DNA of 63,744 nucleotides, counting the filler, from Lenisia limosa (lineage: Eukaryota > Protista > Breviatea), in assembly GCA_001655205.1 (NCBI GenBank). It is 12 parts of 12 records of this genome, joined end to end, with 100 filler letters (N's around TTAATTAATTAA, not from the genome) between each part and the next. Parts side by side here need not be neighbours in the genome. Positions count along the whole stretch, not along the records: positions 47,362 to 60,484 come from LPNZ01011312.1; positions 60,585 to 63,744 come from LPNZ01002559.1; 10 more parts are not named here. The stretch is one strand, 5' to 3'. The notes under the pieces are model-generated. The model ran no database searches and was not told the DNA's origin. It was given only the letters and a program-made list of their open reading frames with translations. Within the stretch, counting starts at the first letter, position 1. Every line of letters starts with the position of its first letter. This document shows positions 50,301 to 63,230 of the stretch, in pieces. The translations under genes were made by a program, and so were the position numbers.

Positions 50301-53300
50301 AGAAATCCAAATAAAATCCTTGTACACACCGCAAAGTCGAAAAGCTTGGTACCTTTTTTTTTTAATGAGATGATGACGTACCAGTTCCGAGTATTATATC
50401 CCCCCAAATTGCACCCCCCTAAAATCATACTCAGATGGATGATGAGAAGGGCGATGGACTGAGTCATGGGCTCGGCGTAGAGGAATCCCATTGCGGCGGC
50501 GGCGGCCAACTGGTGACACGTGGCAAAGAGGAGGAAGAAGAAGGTCGATTTGCGGGTGTGGAAGATCTGATAGTTAAACAATGGATTATAGTTAAACACA
50601 GGATTATAGTTAAAAAAAGAATTCTTCTCAGGGCCCTGAGTGTTCCAATAATTGCCTACTGTACAAGGTATTGATTGACCTACCTTGAAAAGAGTACCGT
50701 ATTTAAGGTAGGTTTCTTCGTCAACTTTGTTGTTCACAATCAGCGAGCTGAGGGGGGGGGGGGGGNNNNNNNNNNNNNNNNNNNNNNNNNNNNNNNNNNN
50801 NNNNNNNNNNNNNNNNNNNNNNNNNNNNNNNNNNNNNNNNNNNNNNNNNNNNNNNNNAAGAAGAATATATCATTTATAGCTATTTGATGATATTGTGTTA
50901 CTTCCACTGAAATTCGATCTGCACATTCCTATTTGATTAGCCATACCCCCTGCCCACCCAAGTTTGCCGAACAGCATGTAAGCCATCCATCCAAGGAGCA
51001 GCAGCGAGTAGCCAATGAAGAGTAGAATGGCGATGTTGAACTCCACCTTGAACGCATCGAGGAGAATTGCAATCTGGAATGGGATGGTGTGATGATCAAA
51101 AACTGGTAATTTCACTAATTTGTTTGTATTATGTATTTATGTGTTTTCCTAGATTGTTATTGTTTTTTATAATATGTATTTTTTCAAAAATTCACTATAC
51201 CACACAGAATGTTGTATTTTGATCTTAGCCCTGCGGTGTTAAGAACAAACAAAGCTTGATGGCACGCGGCGGGGGGTATGTTTGGCGTAGTATTTTAAAA
51301 CTCGCTTCAGTGCAAAACACACATTCAACTCAGTGGCCACTGGTCTCTTTGATTGTAGAACAGTCTTACCCCGCTTACGGTCAGACAAGATGCAAACGTC
51401 AATGATGAGTAGGCAACAATAAGGAATCTGAAAGGTCAGATAGATATCATATACAAAAAAAATAAAGTGAAAGGGAGAGAGGGGGGAGAGGCAGGGCGAA
51501 ATGGTGCTTTGTCTAATGTACCTGATCAAAGCTGCGTTCTTGAGAAGTTTATTGGTGTGCATGACTTCCTTAGTGGTTTCCTAAATAGATCAATGATAGA
51601 TAACAGTAAAAAGGTACGCTTCAAGCTACTCATTTGGGTCAATTCAGGCAGAGGACAGACCTTGATCTTAGTTTCCTGATCCTCGGGGGAGAGTGCAAGG
51701 AACTCTTCGTCCTCCTTCAGTTGCTTCAGAGTCTTCTTGAGGCGCTTTTTGGCAAGAATCTACACCAGTGACATCATGACGGGAATACTGAGGATCATCA
51801 ATGGATTTCTTTTCTATCCAATCCCCCAAAATATGATTTTAAGAGGAAGATGAAGGAGCCCTGAAGAACCATATTATTATATATACACATGTGTATNNNN
51901 NNNNNNNNNNNNNNNNNNNNNNNNNNNNNNNNNNNNNNNNNNNNNNNNNNNNNNNNNNCAGAGATAAGTATATACTATATGATATATTATATACTGACAT
52001 GTTTACATATCATATTTTATATTATGTATCTAGAGATTACCAACCTTCATGATGAGGAGGATGACGAGGAGCATTAATGATGCCGTGAGAAGGGCCAACC
52101 AAATGAACCCAGTTGCGGAGACCTGTAGAGTTATTGAGGCAAAGGGAAGAGCATCTTCANNNNNNNNNNNNNNNNNNNNNNNNNNNNNNNNNNNNNNNNN
52201 NNNNNNNNNNNNNNNNNNNNNNNNNNNNNNNNNNNNNNNNNNNNNNNNNNNNNNNNNNNNNNNNNNNNNNNNNNNNNNNNNNNNNNNNNNNNNNNNNNNN
52301 NNNNNNNNNNNNNNNNNNNNNNNNNNNNNTCCTTGAGGTCATTTTCTGGGCGGTTACTTTACAAGTATCACGTCTATTATCAAGAAATTTAAATATTATG
52401 AATATACTAGTATGTAAAAGTAATATAAACATATGCTACACTATGTACATACATATACACTATCTAGTATAGTACATATATTATATCATATATCATATCA
52501 TAAAGTTGATATATTATATGATATATTTTGGCAAGGTGAATCTGTTAAGACTGAACAGAGTGATCAAATCCATGTCTACAGAGAATGCTTTCATTGCTAA
52601 CTTGGCCTCCTTCTCACCATCAACATCAGGGAAAAGACCGAAGATATCGGGTGGAGCAAACACGAAGAGAGAGAAGCCGGAACTGAGACTGGCCAGCCAA
52701 CCAGGCCATTCCACTGCCATTTGGGACAGAATTGCAAAGCTTTGGATTGCCTGGTAGAGTTAAATGTATGTATTATATCATTATAGGAATGTGCGATACA
52801 ACATAATTAAAGAACATTAATATTAGACTGTCAAGTCTAATTGATTGAATACGAGTACCACACTCGTAATACATCTCCCCTGACTTGAAGCACCATCCAA
52901 GGGCTCATAGCTCCGGACGCAGCGCCACCCGAGGAAGCTAAAATGGTCAGTAACAAGAAGACAGCACAAGCATAGGGAACCACTCATAAATGAGGAATTG
53001 TTAAAGGAATGTAATAGTTCTGATTTTGGGAAACTGTACTACAAATGAAAAGAAAGAACCTTTGCAACAAACCTCCACTCGAGGCTCCTCCACCCGCACC
53101 AGCTCCTCCTCCAGCGCCTCCAGCAGCCTACATAGGTCAGACACTGTCTGTGTACATGTAAAAGACTCGACTTGGGATTCACTTTGGTCAGAAAAAGAGG
53201 GAATTTCTATCGGACTTTTCAGACCCGAGTGAACGAGTGAAGCCACTACGACCTTCCATAAAAGGCAAGTACCCACCGAGGATCCGGCCGCCGCACTTGC

Positions 53301-56300
53301 ACCGGCGCTCATTGACGATCCAATACCCATGACGGCGGTGAAGGCTGTGGCAGCTACGACACCTGTTGCGTTAGTCGGGGGTAAGTGGAAATGAGTACGT
53401 TGATTAAGAGTATGCGACATTGAGGATGTGATTATTAGCAAGTAAATAACTCACCAGTGGCAGTGCCGACAGTGGCTGCGTCTTCATCTTGTGAAAGAAC
53501 TGCTGTGAAGTTTGCTAAATACAATTAGAAACAATCACTGTTATTTGTCATTCTGGCATAAAATGTATCCCTCAGTGTAGTAATAGATTCCTTTTCCAAA
53601 AAAAAAGAGATAGCTACACGCATACAGGTGACAGTTTCGTTGTTCAAAACGGGGTCCTCAGGAACTGGACACGCGAAAGGGCTCCATGAGCCACTAGCCT
53701 CGCACGTGACTGACTCTTCCGTGCCGTCTTCGTCACATTGGACCTGGCATGTCGACCCGACCAGGTTGACCTCCGAACAGGCCACATTGAAGGCGTCTGG
53801 AACTGAGACGGCCGTACAGTATTCTGGGTGGTCGTGAGAATGCTGAATCGAGGACCCCAACCCAAAATATCAACCCAGTTGAATTTTTTACTGATTATAA
53901 TGTACGGATACTAAGCAAAAGTGTGTGAGAAGCAACATACAAAATTGAGAAATTCATGGCCTACTTAAGCAAGGGGCCCGGGAGAACTGCCAAAAGCCGG
54001 ACTTGGTGCATGTGGCCGTCATGAAGTCGTTAACATACCTGGGAGTTATTTGCCCCTGGAAAACAAAAACTCTACAGAGAAAAGGAAGAGATTTGGCTTC
54101 ACTTTGGAAGAATATTATTCTTCAAAGTCTCAATTCCTCCTTATTACGTACTAAGGGGGAGAAAATGACACCCACAGACAAAGAACAACATATCCAAAAA
54201 ATGGTTATGCATGAATGGTCAGCTGACCATATTCTATCATAATTCTACCAGATTCTATATGAAGAATTAGAGAGACTATTTTCAAGTTCAGTTCACTTGT
54301 ATTTAAGTGAGAACCCCTTTTTAAAGAAAACCTCTAAACCCATTGTCGGCACCCCTCCCTCCGCAGACCCCTTTGTACCACCTTATGTGTTTATGTCTCC
54401 AACAACTGTATTAATACATGGTAGGGCTCTATGGGGCTTTGGTCCGGATCTCAGAGAGATCTGACCAGGAAAGCCAGCATCGTTGTCCTCTTCACACTCA
54501 ATTACGTGTCACCTTATCACAGTATCACAGAGGAAGTTAGAATATTTGTGTACAATAACAAGAAGAATAAAAGTCTTCAGTTTCAAGAGGCCCTTTTCCC
54601 CGTGTACCCAGGATCGCAGGAGTATACACAGTCAGTGGCAGGGTGAAGAGAAGAGCAGACAACATTGCCATGGGGTATGGAAGACGGACAATCAGTGTCT
54701 GTCAGAAGGACTGCGCCGCAGGGTGAATCATATCATGCAGAAACACAAACAGATTCCAGCAAAAAGACATCATATCACATTTTGGAGGTTAAGAAGAGTA
54801 AGCCTACCTCCACCCTGATTGGGGGGTTGGTAGATGACACTTCCAAGGTAGATCAAAACAGCGCCAGTGGGAGAGTTCTGAGATGTATGGATAAGAAGTT
54901 TAAGATCAATGAAGAAAAAAAAAAACGGTCAAACACTCCATATCGGATTCAAAAATCTAAGATATTTCAGTATTTCTACATTTGTCTCAGCGTCTAACAA
55001 AGTCTTCTTTCAAATACGAACGCTGTGACCTCTTCTCCTTCTGAACCCCTTCCCCTTACATGTTGGAGGGCTTTGTAGTTAAACTGTTCGGTTTGAATCA
55101 AGTTGCTCACTGCATCCCAGTTGAGAACCTAAAAAGTTAGATGATCAACATATCAATCTATATAAACTTATCGGTAGCGTCCCAACAGCGCTCAGGCAGG
55201 AGAGGCCTACCGCAAAGGTTGCTGAACCACTAGCGTCACCCGTAACAATGGAGTTGGTGATGTATTTGGTTGTAATACTACATTGTTATTGAAGACAACA
55301 GCTAATTATGAAGGATCAATTGATCAAGAAAAGAAATACGAACAGAAGTTATGTAGATTACATAATGGTATTCTTGTATGATATGTTAAAAATAGTATGT
55401 GTGATATGTGATATTATATGAGAGGTGTTGTGGCAGTGTATATGATAGGTGTTGTGGGCATTATATGTACTGAACCAAAAGACTGGTTATTCAGCAAACA
55501 CATTTGACACTCGTCCCACCCTGCAATGAGTTGACTGGAAGTGCCCTGAAGAATGGTGTCTTTCAGCGTGATAGTGGACATAACTTCAAGATACCTAGAG
55601 CGTGATGGTGGACATAATCTCAAGATACTTACAGTGTTACAATCATCAAAAATAAAAATACCATTTGATATGTCGAAGTTAATTGAAATTGCTGCAATCT
55701 CTCAAAAAAGGGCGGACTTAACATTTACAAATGCAAGCAATACTTCATAAACTAAAACAAAAAACCCAAAGACAATAATTATGTAATCTCAAGGACATAG
55801 TGTACATAGTGTATTATAGTGTGGTGGTCAATCATACCCTGCAATTCCTCCACGGTTAGCCGTAACACCATCAAGTGTCACCTTGATTATGGAGCCGGAA
55901 ACATAAATTGAATTGAAGCCCTGGAAGAGTAAACGAAGTCGCTCCGAAAATACATAAAGTACCCCATATAGAGCCTTCGAACAAGGCAGTGTCAACAATA
56001 AAAAAATCAGAATATTATTGCGATTGATATCATAGCATGGGTAACCTGCACAATTATTAAGAATACGTAGATTAAATATGATGTGATTTACTCCTGTATA
56101 TTGAATCGATTGGCTGGCTCACTTCCTACTCCTGCTCCATTCTCAAGTCCCAGTAATATAAAAGAATTCCTACAGCACCTGACGCCCACCGAAACACCGA
56201 CGAGTCCGCCGGTGAAGCCTGTGTCTGATGTTAATTCGCCCGAGGAGGTGACGTAGCTTGCAATGCAGTCTAAATGGGCATTTTCACCATTCTGGTAGCC

Positions 56301-59300
56301 CACAAGGCCTAATAGGGTAAAACATTGCTCCATGATAAGGGAATCCTTTGTTTTTTGTATAACTTCAAACGCTACTCAAGGCCCTCAGGAGTTTGTTGCT
56401 CTTTAATCATTGAAAATAGCGACAAACCTCCAAAAATATCGACAGTTGGATTGGTAGTTGAGGAGTAGGTAGTTACCTTGAGAGTGAGGAATGTCAAGGC
56501 AGAAATGATAACATCTGTTTTCACTGTGTGATGACTTTCATCAGATATATCAGAATTTAATATGAAGCTCTAAGTAACAGTAATCAAAGTAGTACTCACT
56601 CAATCCTCACCTTGGAGTTATAGAAGCCAATAAGTCCTGTTGTGGTGAAGCCGACAATGCCACCAGTCTAAATCGTTAGGAGGATGAAAAATGGATAATG
56701 ATAATAAAACGAAAAAGGATCTGGTATAAGTGGGCGAGTCCAACAAGGTGATAATTGTTTTGTTTACTGACTTGAAGAATGGGTGAAAATTCAACTTTCC
56801 ATCATACAATTTTGAATCATAAAAAATAAATAACAAGTCTTGGGAGAAATATGCGTTTCCCTCCTCCCTCATACAGTTTTGAAGTTGTCACTGCTGTTCA
56901 TCTCAATGGTACTATTGGTCACCACCTAAAGGTCAACGAATTCATGGAATAAGTTAAAATGATGTGGTAAAAGCACAATCATGTGTCTTGTATGATTGAC
57001 GAATGGTGGTACCAAAGGCACTCCCCCCCCCCCCAACTATATGACCACCNNNNNNNNNNNNNNNNNNNNNNNNNNNNNNNNNNNNNNNNNNNNNNGGAGA
57101 TGAAATAATTTTGCTAAGGAGGGGGAAGGAGGGTCAATCAAACAATAATTATAACAAATTCTGACTCCGTCAGGAAACAATACAGGTATCATCACAATTA
57201 GGATACAAGAGTACTACCATAAAGAACAATACATATTTTACAAAACAGCACCCCCACCAAGATGATGGCTGAGCTGGACACACTGACGTGTGCGGATGTT
57301 TGTCTGCCAACAACGCCGCCAATATCACGCTATACACGTCATATCATTGCATAGATGAAAAAATAAAGAAACATCAGCGTTCATTCAAAGAGTATAAACA
57401 AAGCAGGGTCACTATTAGCCTACAGCATCCGGATTGTTCTGGGAAAACACAATGGCTTTGGAGTCGCGAAGCGTGACTGGTCCTTGTGAAACGCCAACGA
57501 AGCCACCTGTAGCGCATTAAGCTTATTGAATTGTAAAACAGGGAGGTAATGATCCAAGAATTGAGATTCAGTCGACTGAGGAAACCATACTGTTGAAAGA
57601 AAATAAGAGTGGGGGAGGGGGTAATAACAAACACATGATACATAGAGGTGCACTCGAATGGCCTACCAAAGGTTGTGATGGGGCTGCTGACGAGTCTAGG
57701 GTACGACTGGGACTCGACGATCTGAATGTCCATCCTTGCACGGTAATTCGTGGCCACAAGGGGTCCAACATAGAACATAGACGTGCTGCTAGTCTGGGGG
57801 GGGGGGCGGATNNNNNNNNNNNNNNNNNNNNNNNNNNNNNNNNNNNNNNNNNNNNNNNNNNNNNNNNNNNNNNNNNNNNNNNGCAAAAACTTCTTCTGCT
57901 CTATTTTCCACTTGGCAACAAAGTGATAAATGGCAGAGGTATTAGGCAGAAATGACCAGGTTACCGCCCACAGTCATAGTGAAGTAGCACTCGGAAGCAA
58001 AGAGATGGATGGGCACAGTGCCATACTTGACCTGGCCAATCGCACCAGATAGATGCGTCAGTTTTTTGGTTTGCATGAAGCTCTGTTGTTTTAGCGGAAT
58101 AATTGGATTTCTTATTTTGTAAATGAAAGTCACTTTTGATTTCAGTTTAAACTTTTTTGTTTTAAAAAATAATTCAGAGTAGGAAAATTTGAGATCTGAT
58201 TGAAAAAAGGATGGCGAACCGTTGAGAACTGGAGGTCACTGGAGAATCTAGTAAGGAAAATAGTGGACGTTTCGTTGAAGTGGATGGTCTTGAAGAGGCT
58301 TCCGAAAGAGTTTTCCTTGAAGGGTTAGAAAAATTTCGATATATTTATATCCCATCCATCTTATAACTCAGACCCCCCCCCCCCCAACAGTTTGGGCAAT
58401 GTGTCTGTAGTCGACTTCAATGGCNNNNNNNNNNNTGAGACACAGAAATTCAGTTTAGTTTAGTCCACTCCAATACAAGACAGAAATTCAAAAATATAAA
58501 GTGAAGCCAAGCCGCGGATAAAAATATGGAGTGAAAAGAGTGAAAACGAAGTACCCGTACCCACCTGTCCAATACGAGCAAACATGCCTCCAGCAGCTAA
58601 ATAGTAAGGTTATTTTGGTAATACTATTTTCAAGATATAACGACAAAATATAACAAGTTATTCGAAGAAGCCTATTTGTACATACAACTCTCCGGTTAGT
58701 CCATCAGCCCACCCGAAAACTGTTCGAATCTGACATTGTCCATAGTCAAGTCGTTGTTGTTGAGGTTCCAAATAGAAGGCATATCGCTCTGAGAGGCGGA
58801 TGAAATGGGATTTTACAAAACAAAAGAGGAATTGTGTTGGGAGGTTACTTGCCCCAAATATATCAATATTCAACAAACACGCGTACGATCAGATAGCGAA
58901 TAGTCCAGCCATTTCCAAGGATTGTCAGTGGGCCGCTGACTTCTGCCATCTAAAGAGTTATATAATATTATATATCATATGATATGATAATTTGTAAAAA
59001 AAAAAACAACATCATGAATGTACTCTAAAAAATAATATGAGAAGTTAATGCTTCAGAAAGAGTGAACTGAATTATTGAAGCCAAACGACCGACAGAATCA
59101 AGCTGAACACAAAATCATGCCCAGCCCACATCAACGTTAGCTGCGCAGTGAATGTCGGATTGCAGGCTAATAACTCCGGTCGTAACAGACATCAGCTCAG
59201 AGCATGTGTAAACTTCATGAACTATACGGGTGAGAATTGGTTGCGTGGATGTTGCGTAATAATTCGCTTCATCATCATACACAGAAAAGCCTTAGTAAAT

Positions 59301-59444
59301 GTTTCTATCCATGATCATCAGTTAAGCCCACCATCCTCTTCCGGCACGGCAGTGAGAGCGGGCCATGAGCCGTCAGCAAGGCAACGCACATCCGATGCCA
59401 CCGCACCTTGCAGCACAAAGCCTTCCTCCACGTTCACCGTGCAA
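47362..59444 (-). CDS. Large multi-pass membrane protein: Sushi + GLUG-like beta-repeats + Sushi x2 + ~7-8 TM + Cys-rich/Lys-rich tail, partial
   Basis: More than 30 exons. Sushi-like: 59332-59444, ~54606-54700 plus ~53966-54037, ~53620-53842. GLUG-like: GGMFARIG, GGFVG, IGGVVG, TGGIVG, FTGGLVG. TM region: AIQSFAILSQMAVEWPGWL, YLKYGTLFK, VVLKPYKSWMNAF. Phases chain on into GCTGCHKSCKSCKDCTGCQGCEGC and KKLTKAEKKEAKK. Confidence 0.75.
48988..49083. mobile_element. ~100-bp hairpin MITE copy
   Basis: TAGGGCTTCACTTCGGTT...AACCGAAATGAAGCCCTA. Further copies at ~19828, 31600, 32640, 34089 and 36058. Confidence 0.9.
54126..54572. repeat. Intronic dispersed repeat (second, internally shorter copy at ~59575-59837)
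   Basis: Shared blocks from GTCTCAATTCCTCCTTATTACGTACTAAGG to AAGAATAAAAG. Confidence 0.9.
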
Positions 59445-60121
59445 CTGGAAGGAGGTGAGGGAAGCAAATAGAATGGATGAAGGAAAACACGATTTAGCTG
59501 TAAAAGTGTGGTTAACATCGCTTTTATTCGAGATATGAAACAACAAATATTGAACAAACAACCTCGGGTGTCAATGTCTCAATTCCTCCTTATTACGTAC
59601 TAAGGGAGGAGAAAATAACACCCACAAACAAAGAACAATCATATCCAAAAAAATTGCTTTGCTTGAATTATCAGGATTCTATGAAGAATTAGAGAGACTA
59701 TTTTCAAGTTCAGTCACTTGTATTTAAGTGAAACCCCCCTTTTACAGAAAACCTCTCAACCCATTGTCGGTACCTTACCACAGTATCGCATAGAAGGAAG
59801 TTAGAATATTTGTGTGCAATAAAAAGAAGAATAAAAGAACGTGACTAAGACGCTCGTCTCTTTGACACCTCCCAACCTTTCGCCCCAGTTGATACCACAG
59901 AGAACAGGGGTGATGTGATCGACGGAAGGGAAGGACGCACATGGAATGGGCAGGCATCTGAAGTCTCTCCGGCCGCCGTAGCAAGGGCTTTTTTCCGCTA
60001 CATAGCCGGCTGGGCATTCAACAACCCCACTATCAACGTCAATAGGTACAGAGGATAGCCCAACAGAACAAATAAGTTAATTGCAGCAACAAATCTAGTT
60101 ACTTGGTCCTGGAAGGGAAAG

Positions 60122-60470
60122 CAACGGTATTCCAGATCAAAAGTCAACAAGAAATATGTCCTCTCCAGTCTCACTCTTCTGAGTTTGTAGTTGGGTAATG
60201 AACACCAGGGGAAGTGGGAATGCCGCGAGTACATTCTGATGTGTCAGACTTGTCAGTGTACCAAGACGCTAGGTTATCCAGGTATGTATCCGAAGATCTA
60301 GGGGGCTTTGCCGCCTACGAATGTTGCCTCCAGGTAAGAGGAGAGAAGGGTTCACGGTTGGCGGATCGAGGGACTCCCATGAATTCTATAATAATGAATG
60401 GCTGATGCAAAAAAAAATGAGGGGTTATAATTGTTGACGGTCAATATAGTCACTTTGCATGCTATCCAGG
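60122..60470 (+). pseudogene. Degenerate Ty3/Gypsy integrase (H2C2 + start of rve core)
   Basis: EHQGKWECREYILMCQTCQCTK...GALPP...VHGWRIEGLP* then (frameshift) VIIVDGQYSHFACYP. Contains stops. Confidence 0.7.
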
Positions 60471-61919
60471 GTGGGGGGGGGGGGNNNNNNNNNNNNNNNN
60501 NNNNNNNNNNNNNNNNNNNNNNNNNNNNTTAATTAATTAANNNNNNNNNNNNNNNNNNNNNNNNNNNNNNNNNNNNNNNNNNNNTTTAGCTCCAGGTAAA
60601 TATTAAAGAGAATGTTTTATTCAGCTCAAATAAGCAATAATTCTGCTTCTTATGATACATGGTCTACTAATATGATCTTAGAAACACAAATATTCAGCTG
60701 AGTATGATAAGCTTTAAAAAATGACGACCGTTCATAGCTTAATCAATGATATTTCTAAGCCTAAAAAATGTCAGTTCAAAAATGACGGTTCTAATTATTC
60801 AGCTCCGACTGTTGTGTTTTAAAAATGGTTAAGATTTGTGTTGTTTTTGACTCCTTTTGACAAAGATGTATTTCTTTGATTGCCATTATAATACCTGGGT
60901 CTCCAGCAAAAAGTGCTCATCTGGAGTTGATAATGGTGGTTTGTTGGGAAGTTCCACGAGCTAACTCGTCTATTCGAAGCCTTCTGTACGTCCAGGTCTT
61001 TTTACTTCCTGTCTTTAGATTCTCGAGCCAAAGTAGCCAGCCTCTGGTTGGTTCAGAGGGATTCGAAGCGTCTTTCCACTTTACTCCAATCACACCACTG
61101 AAGGTCTCTAAGAGGGGGGAATCCCAGTCACTCCTTGCACGGCGCATCGACTCGGTATTCCTATATTATGTAGTATTATTGCGAATTTCATAATTTTCTT
61201 CGGATTAGAGCAGAACTATTTTCTAATCTGTAAGTAATGTAACTGTGTTAACTCACTTGAGTGTGAGGAGCGGGTGTCGTCTATTAGTGAGATACGGTCG
61301 CCTAAAAAAGCAAACTCTGACTTGCCGCTCATGAACTTAAGTTCAACACGTGCTATTTATAGATACCAAAATTGAAATGCGTCTGAAGTTCTCTGTGTAT
61401 CAAAATATATTCTCAATTTCACGGAGTCGCCTGAATTCCAAACACCACCAGCAGATACAATACGGCTGATTCAACTTGTAATTTGGGAATCCCATTTCTT
61501 CAAAATATGGGAATTCCAACGGTTTCACAATAATCCCAAGTCGATGCAGCATGGTGTAATAGAGATGAGAAATAAAACAGGTATCTGACCGGCCATCTTA
61601 ATCATTTGTCCGACAACTCACCGCTCTACGTGCCTCCCCAGAAAGAAAATAATATATAAACGAGCATAATTCCTCTAGAATTGACAATAGAAGCTGTGTT
61701 CATTACTAGAAGAGTTAGAAATAAATAGCTGCAAAAACAAATAAAATTATGCCAATATTAAAGATCCAAAAAAGCGTGCCCCCTTTGGAAGTTCGAAAAT
61801 ACAATATTGCCAAGTTCTTCAGAATTCCAAGGTTGTTTATTGACTTTCGGTAACATTGTTGGAATTTTGAAAATAATTACAATATACATAAAGCAAAAAC
61901 GAAACAAACTCAAACGCAC

Positions 61920-63230
61920 CTGCACCTCTCGTCGTTAATGCCGTAGTTCAGGTAGAGCCCAACACAATCTTCAACACCACCAGTAGGCTCTGACGAAACA
62001 AACCTGAAGATTAATAATTTATATTTCTTCTCAAATAATCTAAAGACACTAAACGTGAATTATTTATTGCTAAAAAAAACCTGATAAATAAGACAAAACT
62101 GTGATGGCAAGCAGTTTCCTTATTGGTTCAAAAACACTCCTAAAAAAATTCAAGAAAGTAGAAAATCCAAGTTTTTATTGAATCCCCAACTTTAAGCAAC
62201 CAAAGCTTCACTTCGCGGTCTTAGGTGTATTTCATTAGTCTTTTCTTCCGTTTTTTTTTTCTTTCAACTCAAACTAACGATATCAAAATTAAAGCTTAAG
62301 TTCATAGGATCCTGGGCTGGCCTAGATATTATAATACATCCCTTGGAATTCACGTAAAATCGATATTTTACTTTTGGAACTGAAAGCGAAGCTTGCAAAA
62401 TTCCATGTCCGCTGCTAGAAGTACCCAACCCTACCTCATAGTGAAGTTTGACGAGTATCCCAGTGAGTCAGAGTAAAAGAATTCGCCTTCTAAAGTTCNN
62501 NNNNNNNNNNNNNNNNNNNNNNNNNNNNNNNNNNNNNNNNNNNNNNNNNNNNNNNNNNNNNNNNNNNNNNNNNNNNNNNNNNNNNNNNNNNNNNNNNNNN
62601 NNNNNNNNNNNNNNNNNNNNNNNNNNNNNNNNNNNNNNNNNNGGTTTATCACAACAAAACAAACAAAGGCCAGGCCAGTCGCTTCGCAGCACCGCATCCC
62701 ATTCACTCCATCGTAGGGGGAGCATCCATTCATGTACATAAATGATATTGATAAGCATTTGTTTGTATGTAGTAATATATGCTCACAATTAGGCTAAGAA
62801 AAGAACATTAGGCTCAGTATTGATACTAATATTAGGTTCACAGGAAAAAGAGCTTTGATGTTAAAAAGGAGCATTTCTTCGAATTTAGGGTTATTGTCAA
62901 TTTCCTTTTCTTTGTCTCCTCTTTGTTCGTTGTACAGACTGTTTCCCATCCTCTTTCCAAGTAATTAATTCAAAACAGGTCTTTGTAACCCAAAAGCGCA
63001 ATTGTGCAATGGGGGGGGGGTCGTTCAGCAGGTACAGTGATCGGAATTAGTCTTGACCGATTTGCTATGTAATTCCACTAGGAAAATCGGTCAAAATATA
63101 TCTCAATCACTGTATATTCACGATATTGATTATAGATCAACCTCCCACCTCCTCAGCAATATCATCAATGCCAAGATGAAGCTGATTCTTCTCACCAAGC
63201 GCAATTCCCATGCCATGCAAAAGATCTTTG
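61920..63230 (-). CDS. Multi-exon protein with C-type-lectin-like exon, partial
   Basis: Exon 62003-61920 gives FVSSEPTGGVEDCVGLYLNYGINDERC (EPx...EDCV...NDxxC). Other exons: TLEGEFFYSDSLGYSSNFTMR and GTLAIPHTTEDKDLLHGMGIALGE. Confidence 0.55.
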
